In this document: in pieces, positions 1 to 12,150 of the stretch
Position numbering within the stretch: position 1 is the stretch's first letter
Layout: every line of letters starts with the position of its first letter
Source: Felis catus
Taxonomy: Eukaryota
Direction of reading: 5' to 3'
Assembly (NCBI RefSeq): GCF_018350175.1
Contig: NC_058386.1
Coordinates: forward strand, 3,038,001 to 3,102,000
Length of the DNA: 64,000 bases
Program-made: the position numbers and the translations under genes
Notes under the pieces: generated by a model
The model's input: only the letters and a program-made list of their open reading frames with translations
Told to the model about the DNA's origin: nothing
Databases searched by the model: none

Positions 1-118
1 GTGTCGCTCAGTTGGTTAAGCATCCAACTTCAGCTCAGGTCATGATCTCACAGTTCGTAAGTTCGAGCCCTGAGTTGGGCTCTGTGCTAACAGCTTAGAG
101 CCTGGAGCCTGCTTTGGA

Positions 119-150
<32 letters not shown>

Positions 151-239
151 CTCTCTCTCTCTCTCTTTCTCTCTCTCCCTCTCTCTGCCTCTTCCCTGCT
201 CGCACTCTGTCTCTCAAAAATAAACATTAAAAAAAAATA
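1..239 (+). mobile_element. Can-SINE (SINEC_Fc-type), 5' end cut by window edge
   Basis: gctcagttggttaagc A-box, gttcgagccc B-box, (TG)n/(CT)n tract, A-rich tail. Confidence 0.95.
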
Positions 240-346
240 ACTGTCTTGATTTATCCATCGAAGTATTTTTTCATATATACATATATATTTTAAATGGGCA
301 TATATATAGATATATGAGTCATTTGCTGTAGTCAGGAAATGAAACC

Positions 347-348
<2 letters not shown>

Positions 349-383
<35 letters not shown>
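349..383. repeat. (TG)17 microsatellite
   Basis: direct reading. Confidence 0.97.
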
Positions 384-385
<2 letters not shown>

Positions 386-437
386 CATATATCATATATA
401 TAGCTCAAAATTTTTAATTGTTTTGTTTATCCAAAGC

Positions 438-609
438 ATTTTTTAAACGTGTATTCATTTTCAGAGACAGAGAGACAGAAAATCTCAAGCAGGTTCCAGG
501 CTGTCAGCACAGAGCCCAACACAGGGCTTGAACCCACAAACAGTGAGATCATGACCTGAGCTGAAATCAAGAGTCAGATGTTCAAGCGACTGAGCCACCC
601 AGGTGCCTC
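438..609 (-). mobile_element. Can-SINE
   Basis: reverse-oriented body ending gactgagccacccaggtgcctc. Confidence 0.92.
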
Positions 610-939
610 GTCCATTAACGTATTTTTTAAATAAATACTGTTCTGCATGTTTTCCAGTTCGTGAAAAAAGTCACGCGTTTGAACGCACTGTATTTTTACT
701 TATATTCTGGAAATAAAACCACGATATCGTGTTATAAGCTCCTACTGACATTACTCATTCATCTGAAGTTGTCTTCCCTATTCCAAATTCTTGATTTAAA
801 GTTAATAGATGCATTTATAAAATAGCTACAGACCACGCCTTGTTTACAGGCCATCATAACAAGTTTTTAAAATACATTTTACGGATAATAATCACTACTA
901 TAGCATTAACATGACAAACATAAAAAAAATGACATTTTA

Positions 940-1175
940 TTTTTCTAAAAACTTTTTTAATGTTTTATTTATTTTTCAGAGAGGGACAGAGATGGTGGGG
1001 GGGGGGGGGGGCAAGCGGAGGAGGGCAGAGAGAGAGGGAAACACAGAATGTGAAGCAGGCTCCAGGCTCTCACCTGTCAGTGCAGAGCCTGATGCAGGGC
1101 TTGAACTCATGAACCACGAGATCATGACCTGAGCTGAAGTCAGACACTTAACCAACTGAGCCACCCAGGCACCCC
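940..1175 (-). mobile_element. Can-SINE with internal G15 run
   Basis: reverse body ending gagccacccaggcacccc; flanking repeat atgacatttta (929-939, 1182-1192). Confidence 0.95.
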
Positions 1176-1508
1176 GAAAATATGACATTTTAGATGGACC
1201 TTTCCCCTTTCCTTCCTTATTTATTATAAAATATCTTCTGTGCATAAACATAAAACTATATGGCAACTATAAAGAAAAAAGAGTGTTCCCCGCTCTAATG
1301 TTCTCCACCCCCTATAAATGTGGTTGTGTGTCATCTAACTGTAGATACAGATTGGAAGGATATGGATAGAGACAGAGATCATAATAGGTATCTAAATTAA
1401 GATTTCTACAGATGTGTATTTGACGATTACAGTTTTACTCAAGTAAACACACAGAGTCTAGACACACACAAAGATTTGTATGGTAAGACATTTATCTAAT
1501 GATGATTT

Positions 1509-1725
1509 AAAAAAATTTTTTTTAACATTTTATTTATTTTTGAGACAGGGAGAGACAGAGCATGAACAGGGGAGGGTCAGAGAGAGGGAGACACAGAATC
1601 TGAAACAGGCTCCAGGCTCTGAGCTGTCAGCACAGAGCCCGATGCGGGGCTCGAACTCACGGACCGTTAGATCATGACCCGAGCCGAAGTTGGACGCTCA
1701 ACCGACTAAGCCACACAGGCGCCCC
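1509..1725 (-). mobile_element. Can-SINE
   Basis: full reverse body; TSD tctaatgatgattt (1495-1508, 1726-1739). Confidence 0.96.
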
Positions 1726-2395
1726 TCTAATGATGATTTTAAATAAGGAGTGGGGGTGGTCAAATCGCATTTAAGAGGCATTAGGATGGAACTTACCATA
1801 ACACTGGGAGCCGTGATCAATTTAAACGTAGAAAAAAAAAGAACTCTCAGAGTCTATCAAGGGCACCAGCGAAAGAGAGCAAAGAGCAGGTCACAACATT
1901 TAGGTCTTCAGTCAATGCAAAGTGACCAAGTAACATTTTTCAGGCATCGTAACATAAATATAGTTCACCCTGATATAAAATATAAAAACTTTTATTCCAG
2001 TCACACCTGAAATTCCCCTTGAGCAAGCCTTAGATGTCTTTGACAATGGGGTCCGCCATTTGCAAAGACCCGAGTCACCGCTTGTGCATTAATATGTGCC
2101 TGTTAAACACGGCCGGGTGCTTTGAGAAAATAACGTCATGCCCTCTACCACTCCTGCGAGATAGTTTCTTTTTCTTTTTTTCTTTTAGTTGAAGTATAGT
2201 TGATATTCTATTACCTTCAGGCAAGGTAGTGTCTGGAAAAGAACACATTGCTGCCATCTCTGAACCCCTAGATTTATCGTGTGTGCTTTCAAAAGGTTGG
2301 AAGTCTTATCAGCACGCCAAAATTAGATATTTGGTGACATCGTAATATTATTTTTTCCACAGTGGCCAAGATGTAGAAAGCACTTCATGTTCAAG

Positions 2396-2631
2396 TATTT
2401 TTTTTCATGTCTTTATTTATTTTTGAGAGAGAGAGGGTGAGAGGGACAGAGGGAGAGAGGGTGAGAGAGAGAAAACGTGGGGGAGGGGCAGAGACAGAGG
2501 CAGACACAGAATGTGAAGCAGGCTCCAAGCTGTCAGCACAGAGCCGGACGCGGGGCTCGAACTCACGGACCGTGAGATGATGACCTGATCTGAAGTCAGT
2601 CGATCAACCGGCTGAGCCACCCAGGCGCCCC
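2396..2631 (-). mobile_element. Can-SINE
   Basis: full reverse body; TSD catgttcaag. Confidence 0.95.
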
Positions 2632-3886
2632 CATGTTCAAGGGTTAATGGTAAGACTGATGAAAGCAAGTTTTGACGCAAGGAGCTAAGCCTTTCTGCCA
2701 CTGAATGGTATTCTTTAAATCCCATTTTAGAAGGGTACGTTATAGATTCATTAGAAGATTTTTATTACACTTTTTCCAGACACGAAGCGAGACATTTTCT
2801 AGAGTGCAAGCACTTTAATCATGAGCACCGGGCACACAGACAAAGGACAAAATGATAGACTGGTTTTCTGCTCTGGACACGCAATGAAGCTTCCAGACTT
2901 TAGACGACGGTACATTTAGAAATGTGGGTCCCAAATGCCGCTACGTGTGACGTTCATGTTGTTTCATTTTTAATCCTCTGTAATGCTCTACAGCCTGCTC
3001 TTTGTGAGTAACTGTCCTTTTTTGCTGGGTACACAAAATGTGTCAAGTGCCGTAGATGTAAACTGCAACATATTCATGATGAAAGGAAAAGAGGCCCCCA
3101 CTGCCAGTTCGACACCAGAAGGCAGATATTCATGAAATTTCTTTCTAAGAGACAAAACACTAAGGATACATTGTTAATATTTATAGGGACATAAACTCCT
3201 ATAGATTTCTCAGTTTGATTACCTTCTTATCAGCATGCAAGCAGGGAGAGGATTAAGTCTGAAATGAGAAGGTAAGGCATTTATATTTGCTATACCAAGA
3301 TGATTTTTCTTTGATTAGACTAATTTCAGGTATAGAAGTTCAGATTAATCAGGGGAAATATGCACGCTTAGTAGTCTCCAATAAAAATCTAAATTTATCC
3401 TCACAAAGCAAGAATAATGCATGTGGTTTCCACTACATCAATTATGTACACGTATTCCAATTCTGGACTTGATCAGTACAAATGAGATAATTTATGTTAC
3501 ACATACTCTTTTTTTTTTTTTTCCTTTGCGTCGTATTATGAAAGTCTTATGTGTTATTTGTCCCCGGCTTGGCTAATTATAAAATGTCGACTGTATTCCA
3601 CATCCCCAAATGAACTGTCAATGCCCGAGGTTGAGGTGGATTTCATTTATTTCTGTTTGGTGCCCTGTATTTCGGGAACCGTGGCAAACAGTGAATATCC
3701 TGGGCCTTGATTGGTTTGCCCATCTAAGTAGACCAAGAGGACGGGAAATGGGGATCCAGAGCACATCACTAGGGGAAGCAGGCATGCACGGAGCCAGCGG
3801 CAAGGCTCAGCGGGCACTCGCAAAGCACCAAGGATAAGGAGGAAGGGCATATGCACACAACCATTCACAAAACACTTCTGCTGACA

Positions 3887-3920
3887 ACGTGAATGCCTTT
3901 GTCACGTGAATGCCTTTGTC
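3887..3920. repeat. Perfect 17-bp tandem duplication (acgtgaatgcctttgtc x2)
   Basis: direct reading. Confidence 0.95.
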
Positions 3921-4881
3921 ATGTCATCTCTCCTGGATTCGTACGCACACGGTGTTTTCAGTTTTGTGCAGCGTGCCAGTGCATGACCCAACAATGCAAG
4001 TGAGCCCTTGGGGAGCTCCTACTGTAACAGTCACAAACAGGCCATGGTGCAAGTCTTTCTAAAACGGGCTGCACCAAAGCTAGCTTCAGAAAGTACGTCA
4101 TGGGGAGAGGAAAAGGCGTCGTGTGAAAGTTAGCTGGGGAAACACCCCGCCCTAGATATTCCATCCTTGAAGAGCCATGATGCATCCCGGCCAATAAATC
4201 TAGAAGCTTCTTGGTAAATTAAATATGTCTGACAGTCACAGCTTGGGCCGGTGTTGCCCAGACCCATTTCATTACAAATCACTGCATTTTTCCCTACTAA
4301 TATCTATTAAACATCTGAAAACGTTTTTTAGAAACATTGCTTGAATATATTGTAGTTTCCAAACTTGGAGTTTAAGTCAATTATGGCCCAGTGAGATTAA
4401 GTCTGGTGGATTTTTATTTTTCCCAATGCAATTTAAACAACATATGTTTGGAGTATTTCTATCAAATGTCATTAAACTTGAAATTATTTTACAGCTTCTC
4501 AGCACGGAGTCAGTGATATGTGTGCCCCGGAAGTGGTACAATGGTTATGTGTGAATGAAGACCAATGTTTTTAAATCCTAGATATGTCATTAACGTGATA
4601 AAAGGCATATTCTTGTTTAGTTTACGACCTACACTGATTTTAGGCATATATGTGAAAATACACACACACATATGCACATACATGTATAACTGTAAGAAAT
4701 AACCGTCAGCAAATTTCTAAGCTATGTTTTCTTATAGTCCTGTTTTAACATATCACCTTAATTCCTTTTTTACGTCTTGTGGTTTCATGATAAGGGACAA
4801 TGCATTAAAACGGTAACTGAATTTTCTCTGCTAGAACACAAAAGCTGGAAATTTGGTGAGATTTTTCAGTCCCGGGTAGCT

Positions 4882-5213
4882 AGTATGGGCTGGACTGTGT
4901 GCCCTATGCTGGTACTGACAGCCCGAGGACCACAGAATGGAAGTGTATTTGGAGATGGGGTGTTTAAAGAGATAATTAAGGATAAACTGAGGTCAGATGG
5001 GTGGGTCTTAATCCAATCAGATCTTATAAGAAGTACACAGGCACAGAGAGAGCCCATGTGAGGACACAGAGAGAAGATGACTTCAAGGACAGAAGCCTCA
5101 CTCCCACCTGGATCTCACACCCCAGCATCCAGGACTGGGGGAGGGAGACATGTCTGTTGTTTAAGGCACCCCGTCTGCGGTGGTTGTAATGGCAGCCCTA
5201 GGAAATTCATACA
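4882..5213 (+). mobile_element. MaLR solo LTR (MLT1A-like)
   Basis: tatgggctggactgtgtgccc...tatttggagatggggtgtttaaagag...gtgaggacacag...gcagccctaggaaattcataca. Confidence 0.8.
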
Positions 5214-5319
5214 GTGGAAAAAGAACCATAAAAGAATGAATCAAAACTTTAAATCAAGACATAATGACAGTAGGCTTGCGTTAGGGTTCCCTGGGAAAGC
5301 CTTTGAACAGAAGTCTTAG

Positions 5320-5503
5320 ATACAGAAACTTTTGCGTGTGTGTGAATTTGAGAGGGGCAGAGAAACAGGGAGAGAGAATCCCAAGCAGGCTGCATGCTGT
5401 CAGTGCAGAGCCTGATGCGGGGCTCGAACTCATGAACCTTGAGACCGTGACCTGAACCGGTCAAGAGCCGCACACGTGACCAACTGAGCCACCCAGGTGC
5501 CCC
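5320..5503 (-). mobile_element. Can-SINE
   Basis: reverse body ending gagccacccaggtgcccc. Confidence 0.92.
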
Positions 5504-5535
5504 GCTGCTTTCATTTCAAAGGTGTACGATCATGG

Positions 5536-5777
5536 GGGGCACCTGGGTGGCTCAGCTGGGCACGGGTGTGAGACTCCTGATCTCAGCTCAGGTCAGGATC
5601 TCATGGTTTGTGAGTTCCAGCCCCACCTAGGGCTCTGTGCTGACAACTTGAAGTCTGGTTGGCATATCCTCTCCCCCTCTCTCTCTCTCTCTCTCTCCCC
5701 TCCTTCTCCTCCTCCTCTGTCTCTCCCCAACTCTCTCTCTCTCTCTCTCAAAAATAAATACTTATTTTTTAAAAAAG
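5536..5777 (+). mobile_element. Can-SINE
   Basis: ggggcacctgggtggctcag head, CT tract, A tail. Confidence 0.92.
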
Positions 5778-6140
5778 TCTAGGCTCATGAGCGTGTCTGG
5801 ATGACGTCATACACATTGTAAAACTCCCCTCTGTTTATCACAAAGTATGGATTCACTTTGATAACCCAGAGGGTGGACCCCGTGTCTCCTTTCTGCTTGG
5901 AGTTTTTATTCCAGAAGGACGTTCCTCTCTTCCACGTAGGAGGGCATGCCCACAACGGTTGACAGAGTTTCTGTGCCTAAGATAGCAGAAAGCCTTGACA
6001 TTTTATCATAAGCCGTTTTCTAACTTTGGAGACAGAAAAGGAAGAAAGGGTATCACTATACACAAGATGTGTGCAAAGCATTCTGGCTGTTATGGTGCCC
6101 CTCTTAAAACGCCTTCACTTTCCACTTAAAAATAAATCTT

Positions 6141-6340
6141 TGGCTCAGTTGGGTAAGCGTCCGACTTCGACTCAGGTCGTGATTTCTCGGTTTGTGCGTT
6201 CGAGCCCCTTGTTGGGTTCTGTGCGGACAGCTCGCAGCCTGGAGCCTGCTTCAGATTCTGTGTCTCCCTTTTTCTCTGCCCCTCCACAGCTCAAGTTCAC
6301 TCTCTCTCTCTCAAAAATAAACATTAAAAAAATTTTTTAA
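6141..6340 (+). mobile_element. Can-SINE (5' head clipped)
   Basis: tggctcagttgggtaagcgtccgacttc...gttcgagcccc...aaaaataaacatt. Confidence 0.93.
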
Positions 6341-7671
6341 ATGTTTGAAGAAGAGAAAGGAGGAGCAATCCTTAGATTGTCTTCCTGTGTTGTTAAAAGT
6401 AAAATAAAATGCCTCAACACAGATGCTTTCCATCCACTGCCGCCTGACTAAGATGCTATGCAACCTGAGGCACAGTACAGGTCAACCCTTCTGTTTACAG
6501 GAGCTACTTGGCATTTCCAAATGATTACAAATTACCCTGAACAAGCTACCACCCACTTTATATTCCTGCAATCTGCCCCCTTGTGTTTATATTATGTTTG
6601 AAATAATTTTTAGGAAACGGCTGAGTGGCTGTTCATGTTAGGTCCGTGTGGGTCACGAACTCATTTTTGAGACATTTACACCGGCAAGAAATTAGAGTTA
6701 CCAAAAGTGTAGCCAGCACAACGTATAACCAATATTAAGTATCCTTCCTTAAGATCATCAATTTGTAGTTTATTAAGAAATGTAATGACATTGCAGTAAA
6801 CCACACCGGCAACCAATTAGGTCCACACGTTGATGGAACGCAAGCCCGGGGTATTTGTACTATTTAATGGAGCGTATTTTCGTGGCTCGTCAGTTCGTAA
6901 AGTTCATGCGGACATGCACACGTGTCAATAGAGCATTTCGAAAGCGTCAAGAGATAAGTCTGCGCGTTAGTAAAAATGACCGGCCTGTTCGCTGATGTTC
7001 CCGTGTGGCGGTTTTAACCATGCACAGAAATTTGCGAATTCAACCAACTGGTGTCGTTTGTTGAGTGTTTCATGTGAACATTAAATAAAAGTAAGCAAGC
7101 TATGGTCATGTGCTCTTACTACACAAAACTGAGAGAGAGAAGGAACATTGCCAAGTTTAGTGTAGGAATCTCCATTTCCAAACTCAACCTCTAAGCTAGT
7201 GGGTTACATCGGCAACGCCTGTGTGATAAGCAAAATTCTTCATCCTTTTTAAGCATTTCTTCTTCAAGGAATTTTTAGGGAAGTCTGCTTCTAAAGGAAA
7301 GGTGGATGGCGATTTATATTATATAAGGGACTCTTTCCACATTCTTGTTATAAAAAAAAGCATTCTTTCTTTTTCTTAAGCTCGTTTTTCCTACAAGATT
7401 AAGATCTCTGGTGTAACATTAAGATGATTAAGGTCTAATACTCATTTGAATATTAAAACTTGTTTTCTACCCCAAATTAACATGCTTTGTACCATAAAGT
7501 TACGTGAACCCATTATTCTGTATTTAAGATATTCCAAATGAGGCCAAACAGAGTGGAGACCAGTATTCACAATTTGTATTTGCTCTAAATCTTACATGGT
7601 AATTCGTTCTTAAAAAGGTGGGGCATTAAAAGTCTCACAGAGCATCTGTATATATCATGGACTGAATTACG

Positions 7672-7745
7672 TTGCGGAAGTTTGGCCCACGCACGTGACC
7701 GCTATGCTTCTTTCCGCAAAGACGCTCTGTGTAGAAATCGCGAAC
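7672..7745. promoter_or_regulatory. Candidate regulatory motif cluster (ETS-like, USF E-box, TCGCGA)
   Basis: gcggaagt 7674-7681; gcacgtgacc 7691-7700; tcgcga 7738-7743; CpG-dense; motif-only evidence. Confidence 0.3.
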
Positions 7746-8702
7746 ACCGTCTGAGGGAGTCGTGGGGATTCCTTCTCCCGGGATTTATGTGTTCAAGCCT
7801 TGCAAACTTTTATCTAGGAGTCTCTGATAAGAGTAAAGGATGAACACAGGCGTTTTCGCTTCCTTTCCAGGAGAACACTGGTGGTTAATATTCGCTGGGA
7901 CAATGGCCCTTTATCAACTGTGATCCCAAATGTCTACAGTGAGAATAATTCATCTGCGAAGTGACTGAACACAGTAAGGAACAGGGCGCTCTCTCTGAGA
8001 TTAGCTTCTGGGCCAGCTCCCCACCCCCGTTTCCTACAGCGCTAGTCCCCTCGGAGCTGAATTCTTACATTAGATTCTGGGCAACCAAGAGTCTATTGAG
8101 ATCTTACAGTGTCTCTGCCTCTGTCTCTGTCTCTCCATCCACTCTCTGTGCATTTAATCTCACATCTGGAGAAAAGATGTGATGTTTACGCTGCCTGTTT
8201 CATTTCAAAATACTGTGAAAGTAAGTGACGGGCCTTTTTGACTCCTGCAGCACGGATGCTGAGATAATCAGGTGTCAGATCCTGCATGGATTCTGAAATA
8301 TGACCCCAGGACCTTATTAACGAACACATGCTCACACCCAGCCCGGAAAGACAAGAGTTACCACCACTGACTTCCAGATACGGTGACGTGGAGTTTAGAA
8401 AGCTATCACTCCAACCCCCTTTCTCCTAATTAATTTTAAGTTAGACAAGCACATCCGTTTTTAAACCTGAGCTCATTTCCATGCAGATCATATGTATATA
8501 TATGCAGAATATGCATTATTTCTTTCCACTTCAAATTCTGTGAATTTATAGCACCATGTTTCACTAAGCTAGACTTTTTTCCCTCAAAGATGAGCATGAT
8601 TCAATTAAAACTCTGCTCCACTCTTCACTAGAATAAGCTTTTGGAAAGCATCCTAAAATCATCCCTACTTCCACTAGGAAGCTAATAAAATACGGATCCA
8701 AA

Positions 8703-8740
8703 ACACACACACAGACACACACACACACACACACACATAC
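8703..8740. repeat. (CA)n microsatellite, interrupted
   Basis: direct reading. Confidence 0.95.
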
Positions 8741-9190
8741 ATCTAACAAGAAAAATGCTTTAGGAGCAAAAAGTGTTTTTATTACTTTATGATTGGATTT
8801 AATTTCTCCCCTTAGAAGTAATAAAGATTATTCTTTTTATTCTTTTTCAAATTTATTTTGCTTTAGAAGAAGCACAGACTTCTGTATTTTCATGCCAAGA
8901 AAAGATCCTTGGTCAGTTCAAATAATTATACTGCATTTGGAGAGAAAACGATATTTATATGATAATCTCCTACCCTCTAAGTTCAGCACAAGGAAGATTT
9001 CATGCTGCTAGCTTCAGGCATCCAATTTTGATTTGGTGAAATAAGCTGTTAAAAGTTACTGTCACTTATTTCCGCGAAAATTTTCTGGTCGTTTCTACAA
9101 TTTTTTTTTTTTATTTCTCTGTGTTTGAACTTTCAACTTAGACTTGATTCTTGTATTCTTGAGGACAGGAATACTTTAAAAGTGCATTTT

Positions 9191-9425
9191 TGGGGACTCC
9201 TGTGAGGCTCAGTACGTTAAGTGTCCACCCTTGGCTTAGTCATGACTCAAGGTTTGTGGGTTCGAGCCCCATGTGGGGCTCTGCTGAGAGCTCGGAGCCT
9301 GGAACCTGCTTCGGATTCTGTGTCTCCCTCCCTCTCTGCCCCTCCCCTGCTCGCATTCTGTCTCTCTCTCTCTCTCTCTCTCTCTCAAAAATAATGAAAC
9401 ATTAAAAACAATTAAAAAAATAAAA
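9191..9425 (+). mobile_element. Can-SINE
   Basis: ggggactcctgtgaggctcag head, gttcgagcccc, CT tract, A tail. Confidence 0.93.
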
Positions 9426-9504
9426 GTTCATTTTTCCCCCAAATCAAGATGTTGTGAGCAGAAAGCGGGATCTAAATAACGTTATTACTTCTGTCCTTTC
9501 AGTG

Positions 9505-9725
9505 TGACTGAGCCAGCCAGGTGCCCCTATACATCGAATGTTTTAGTCCACAAAAGTGTTGAACATATCCCACAGATGTCACTAAACAAAATAAGGAAAG
9601 CCATTCTTTACTCAATGAGGAAGGACAGGATTTTGTTTGGGGCAACTAGACTCAGGTGGCAGGTGGCCTTTACATACTGATCCTAAAACACCAAAGAGCA
9701 AACTGACCAGACCCAACCTGTCTGC
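9505..9725 (-). repeat. Dispersed duplication copy A (inverted partner at 37352-37580), includes 23-nt Can-SINE head
   Basis: hand alignment to reverse complement of 37352-37580, about 88% identity with two small indels. Confidence 0.92.
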
Positions 9726-10239
9726 ATGCTCCAGTAGGGCTGATATTCAAAACGGAGTATAATGCATGAATCTGTTGCATTATCACCCGATCACTGCAGA
9801 TGTCACTTATAACTTGATGTGTAAACATAACATGCCTGATAATGGCATCATGGCCAAAGAAGTTTAGTTTGTACCCACTTGTCTTCGAATGCATGGAGAA
9901 GTATAGACTGCTTCCTTCTGGGAGCATAGAATGAACTCCTTTTAGTACACGTGAGAACCAGAGTCTGGTATTTCATCCACCTTGATCATGGATACTACAC
10001 GTAAAGAAGGAGATAAAATAAAACATATATATACTTTTGGTGCACATTCTAAGAAATATTTTATGATGGCGGGGCAAGAGATATATATTTTTTGTGTTGT
10101 CTATTTAACGACGAAAAATGTGTTAACCCAAGTTACCGTGGGTGAACAAGGATTAACAGTTTTTTATTTTAAGAAATTAGTAAATAAAAAAAAATTAGTA
10201 AATAATAAAAGAATGTATTGGGAAGGAAATCAAAATCCA

Positions 10240-10500
10240 AGTATATGCATATAATATATATTATCTTTATCTTATTCATAAGTTATAAATATTTTTCATT
10301 TATATTTATATATCACACAATTATACATTATATATGTAATATATAATGTACTATAATGTGTTACATGTTATAATTATGTACTATATGTCATATAAATGTA
10401 TTATGTGGCATATATTATACATATTATATATTACACATGTGGTAGGATATTACACGCTGTATATATTATATGTTACATTCTATCTACGTTACGTGTATAC
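10240..10500. repeat. AT-rich low-complexity (TA)n-like tract
   Basis: degenerate tata/tatat units. Confidence 0.85.
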
Positions 10501-11064
10501 AAATGTCATTTTCGAAAAACGTGCTTGTGAGTGTAATGGCATGCAGAGAGGATTTACATCCACACTGCCAACGTTAAATTCAGGGAACTGGAAAAAAAAA
10601 AAAAGTCAAGGGTAATTATCACTTGACGCTAGATATCTCTCACCTTACTTCACCTGTAATGCATTCCAGATTGAAACGCACCAACTCTCTCCCACTTTTC
10701 AGGCACTTACATTAAGCCTCAGTGCACACACTTGAGTAGCCTGTGCACGCTGCAAGGTGTGCTGCCTAGATACAATTATGCCGTGACTCCCTCACTACCC
10801 CCAGCACCCACTCTGCTTCTGGGTATGGGGAGTGCTGTCTAACATCGTGGATGTGGAGGGAGCCAAGTCTTGTGTTTCTTAATGAGATAGAGATTTCTAT
10901 GTGAACACAAGCAATGTTATATGAGGGGTAACCCAGTTAAAATGTGTATTTTATATATATGTATATTATATATTAAAATGTGTATTATATAGATGTATAT
11001 AATGTATTATATACATCATACACATATAATATACATCATACAGTATAATATAGAATTGTATACC

Positions 11065-11200
11065 NNNNNNNNNNNNNNNNNNNNNNNNNNNNNNNNNNNN
11101 NNNNNNNNNNNNNNNNNNNNNNNNNNNNNNNNNNNNNNNNNNNNNNNNNNNNNNNNNNNNNNNNNNNNNNNNNNNNNNNNNNNNNNNNNNNNNNNNNNNN
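11065..11200. other. Assembly gap (N run)
   Basis: 136 N, following an AT-rich repeat. Confidence 0.99.
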
Positions 11201-11384
11201 AGGACATCCCATTATTTGATTCATTTTCAAAAAGTGTGAACAATTTCCCCAAATAAAACTCACACCTGGATTAAGGAAAAAGTAAATTCTAGCGTAACGC
11301 TGTTTCCTGAGATTTATTTCCCAAGTCAAAAACTTTATATAAAAACGTGTTCATCTAATGAGTGAAGGAGTCAAAATGTACAAA

Positions 11385-11652
11385 CCAGCAGTTACAAGAT
11401 GAAGATAGTCTTGGGGATGCGAGGGACAGCATACCGATTACAGTTAATCACAGTGTATTATACATGACAGTTGCTGTGACAGGGGATCTGAAAAGCCCTC
11501 ATCACAAGAACAAAAATTCAATAACTGTGCGCGGACGCATCTTAACTTACTGTGGTGATGGATTCAAAATACACAAAACTACGGATTCATTACTCTGTAC
11601 ATCTGAAACTAACATAATTGTGCTTCAGTGATAGGTCGCTACAAAAATAAAG
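11385..11652 (+). mobile_element. LINE-1 3' UTR fragment (L1MA9/L1_Carn-like)
   Basis: cagttacaagatg...ctcatcacaag...cttactgtggtgat...tgtacatctgaaactaacataat resembles an L1MA-type 3' end. Confidence 0.75.
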
Positions 11653-11663
11653 CTAAGTCACAT

Positions 11664-11880
11664 GGGGTGCCCGGGTGGCTCAGTCGGTTAAGTATCTGAC
11701 TCCTGATTGTGGCTCAGATCACAATCTCACGGTTCGTGGGTTCAAGCCCTGCATCAGGCTCTATGCTGACAGTACGGAACCCGCTTGGGGTTCTTTCTCT
11801 CTCTGCCTCTCCACAGCTCACGCTCTCTCTCTCTCTCTCTCTCTCAAAATCAATAAATAAACTTAAAAAAATAAAACTAA
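11664..11880 (+). mobile_element. Can-SINE
   Basis: ggggtgcccgggtggctcagtcgg head, CT tract, A tail. Confidence 0.94.
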
Positions 11881-11964
11881 ATTTTGAAAACTACTTATCT
11901 GAGCAACACTAAGTGCATCACTAAATGATATAACATGAATTACAAAGTCCCCTCTCCCTGGAAA

Positions 11965-12150
11965 CTCTGAGAGAGAGACAGAGCACAAATGAGAGAGGGG
12001 CAGAGAGAGAGGGAGACACAGAATCGGAAGCAGGCTCCAGGCTCCGAGCTGTGAGCACAGAGCCCAACGTGGGGCTCGAACTCATGAACCGTGAGATCAC
12101 GACCTGAGCCGAAGTCAGTCGCCCAACTGACTGAGCCACCCAGATGCCCC
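11965..12150 (-). mobile_element. Can-SINE lacking its A tail
   Basis: reverse body ending gagccacccagatgcccc. Confidence 0.93.
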
